Translations under genes and position numbers: made by a program
The notes under the pieces: model-generated
Database searches by the model: none
What the model was told of the DNA's origin: nothing
The model's input: the letters and a program-made list of their open reading frames with translations, nothing else
Origin: Leptolyngbyaceae cyanobacterium
GTDB taxonomy: Bacteria; Cyanobacteriota; Cyanobacteriia; Phormidesmidales; Phormidesmidaceae
Length of the DNA: 64,000 nt
Direction of reading: 5' to 3'
Assembly (NCBI GenBank): GCA_965263355.1
Contig: CBDHHL010000032.1
Coordinates: 2,080,001 to 2,144,000, forward strand
Part shown: one piece after another, positions 63,878 to 64,000 of the stretch
How positions within the stretch are numbered: the stretch's first letter is position 1
Layout of the letters: each line of letters begins with the position of its first letter

Positions 63878-64000
63878 TTACTGGCGATTCACCCTAGCAG
63901 GAAGCTGCTGGGCACGTTTGCTGCGGCGCAGTGCCATATCCGCTGCATCTTCTCTGAGGGCAGTGTGACGACGATGGTTACGCTGATGTTCATCCACAGC
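63878..64000 (-). CDS. 3' end of an upstream Arg-rich protein (partial)
   Basis: Open frame ...AVDEHQRNHRRHTALREDAADMALRRSKRAQQLPARVNRQ* reaching the window edge. Confidence 0.4.
   Translation of the reverse strand, partial: AVDEHQRNHRRHTALREDAADMALRRSKRAQQLPARVNRQ

Noticed and set aside
1..64000. GCGATCGC recurrences as a novel motif
   Set aside because: This is the well-known cyanobacterial HIP1 octamer.

Overview
Chromosomal window from a cyanobacterium: HIP1 octamers (GCGATCGC) are frequent, and the fbp-tal-zwf-opcA order, DUF3598, Npun_R2821-family and AAA_35/WD40 genes fit a filamentous Leptolyngbyaceae-like organism (inference). Core genes (MocR regulator, OPP-pathway operon, TamB, HhoA/HtrA, sensor kinase, carotenoid oxygenase, Ser/Thr kinase, MscS, FHA-adenylate cyclase) are interleaved with accessory islands. 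(1) 1-1.9 kb: toxin-antitoxin-like cassettes separated by GTAG/REP-type repeats. (2) 30.2-40.0 kb, the best candidate for an undescribed system: three co-directional AAA_35 STAND-like ATPases (CHAT caspase-like-TIR-ATPase; ATPase-TM-coiled coil-16xWD40; ATPase-TM). The locus is interrupted by a ~1.8-kb insert carrying a RelE toxin and bounded by a 41-bp duplication of the first gene's 3' end. (3) 51-58 kb: desaturase/SnoaL/DUF1772/AraC block plus a secreted GH6 cellulase. (4) 58-64 kb: collagen-like protein, MidA-like methyltransferase-TPR, and an effector-like protein with a basic leader and a putative His/Cys protease domain. Two single-base frameshifts, one internal deletion and two perfect tandem duplications could be real decay or assembly error. 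No rRNA, tRNA, CRISPR array or transposase was recognised. All family calls come from reading motifs by eye; no database searches were run.
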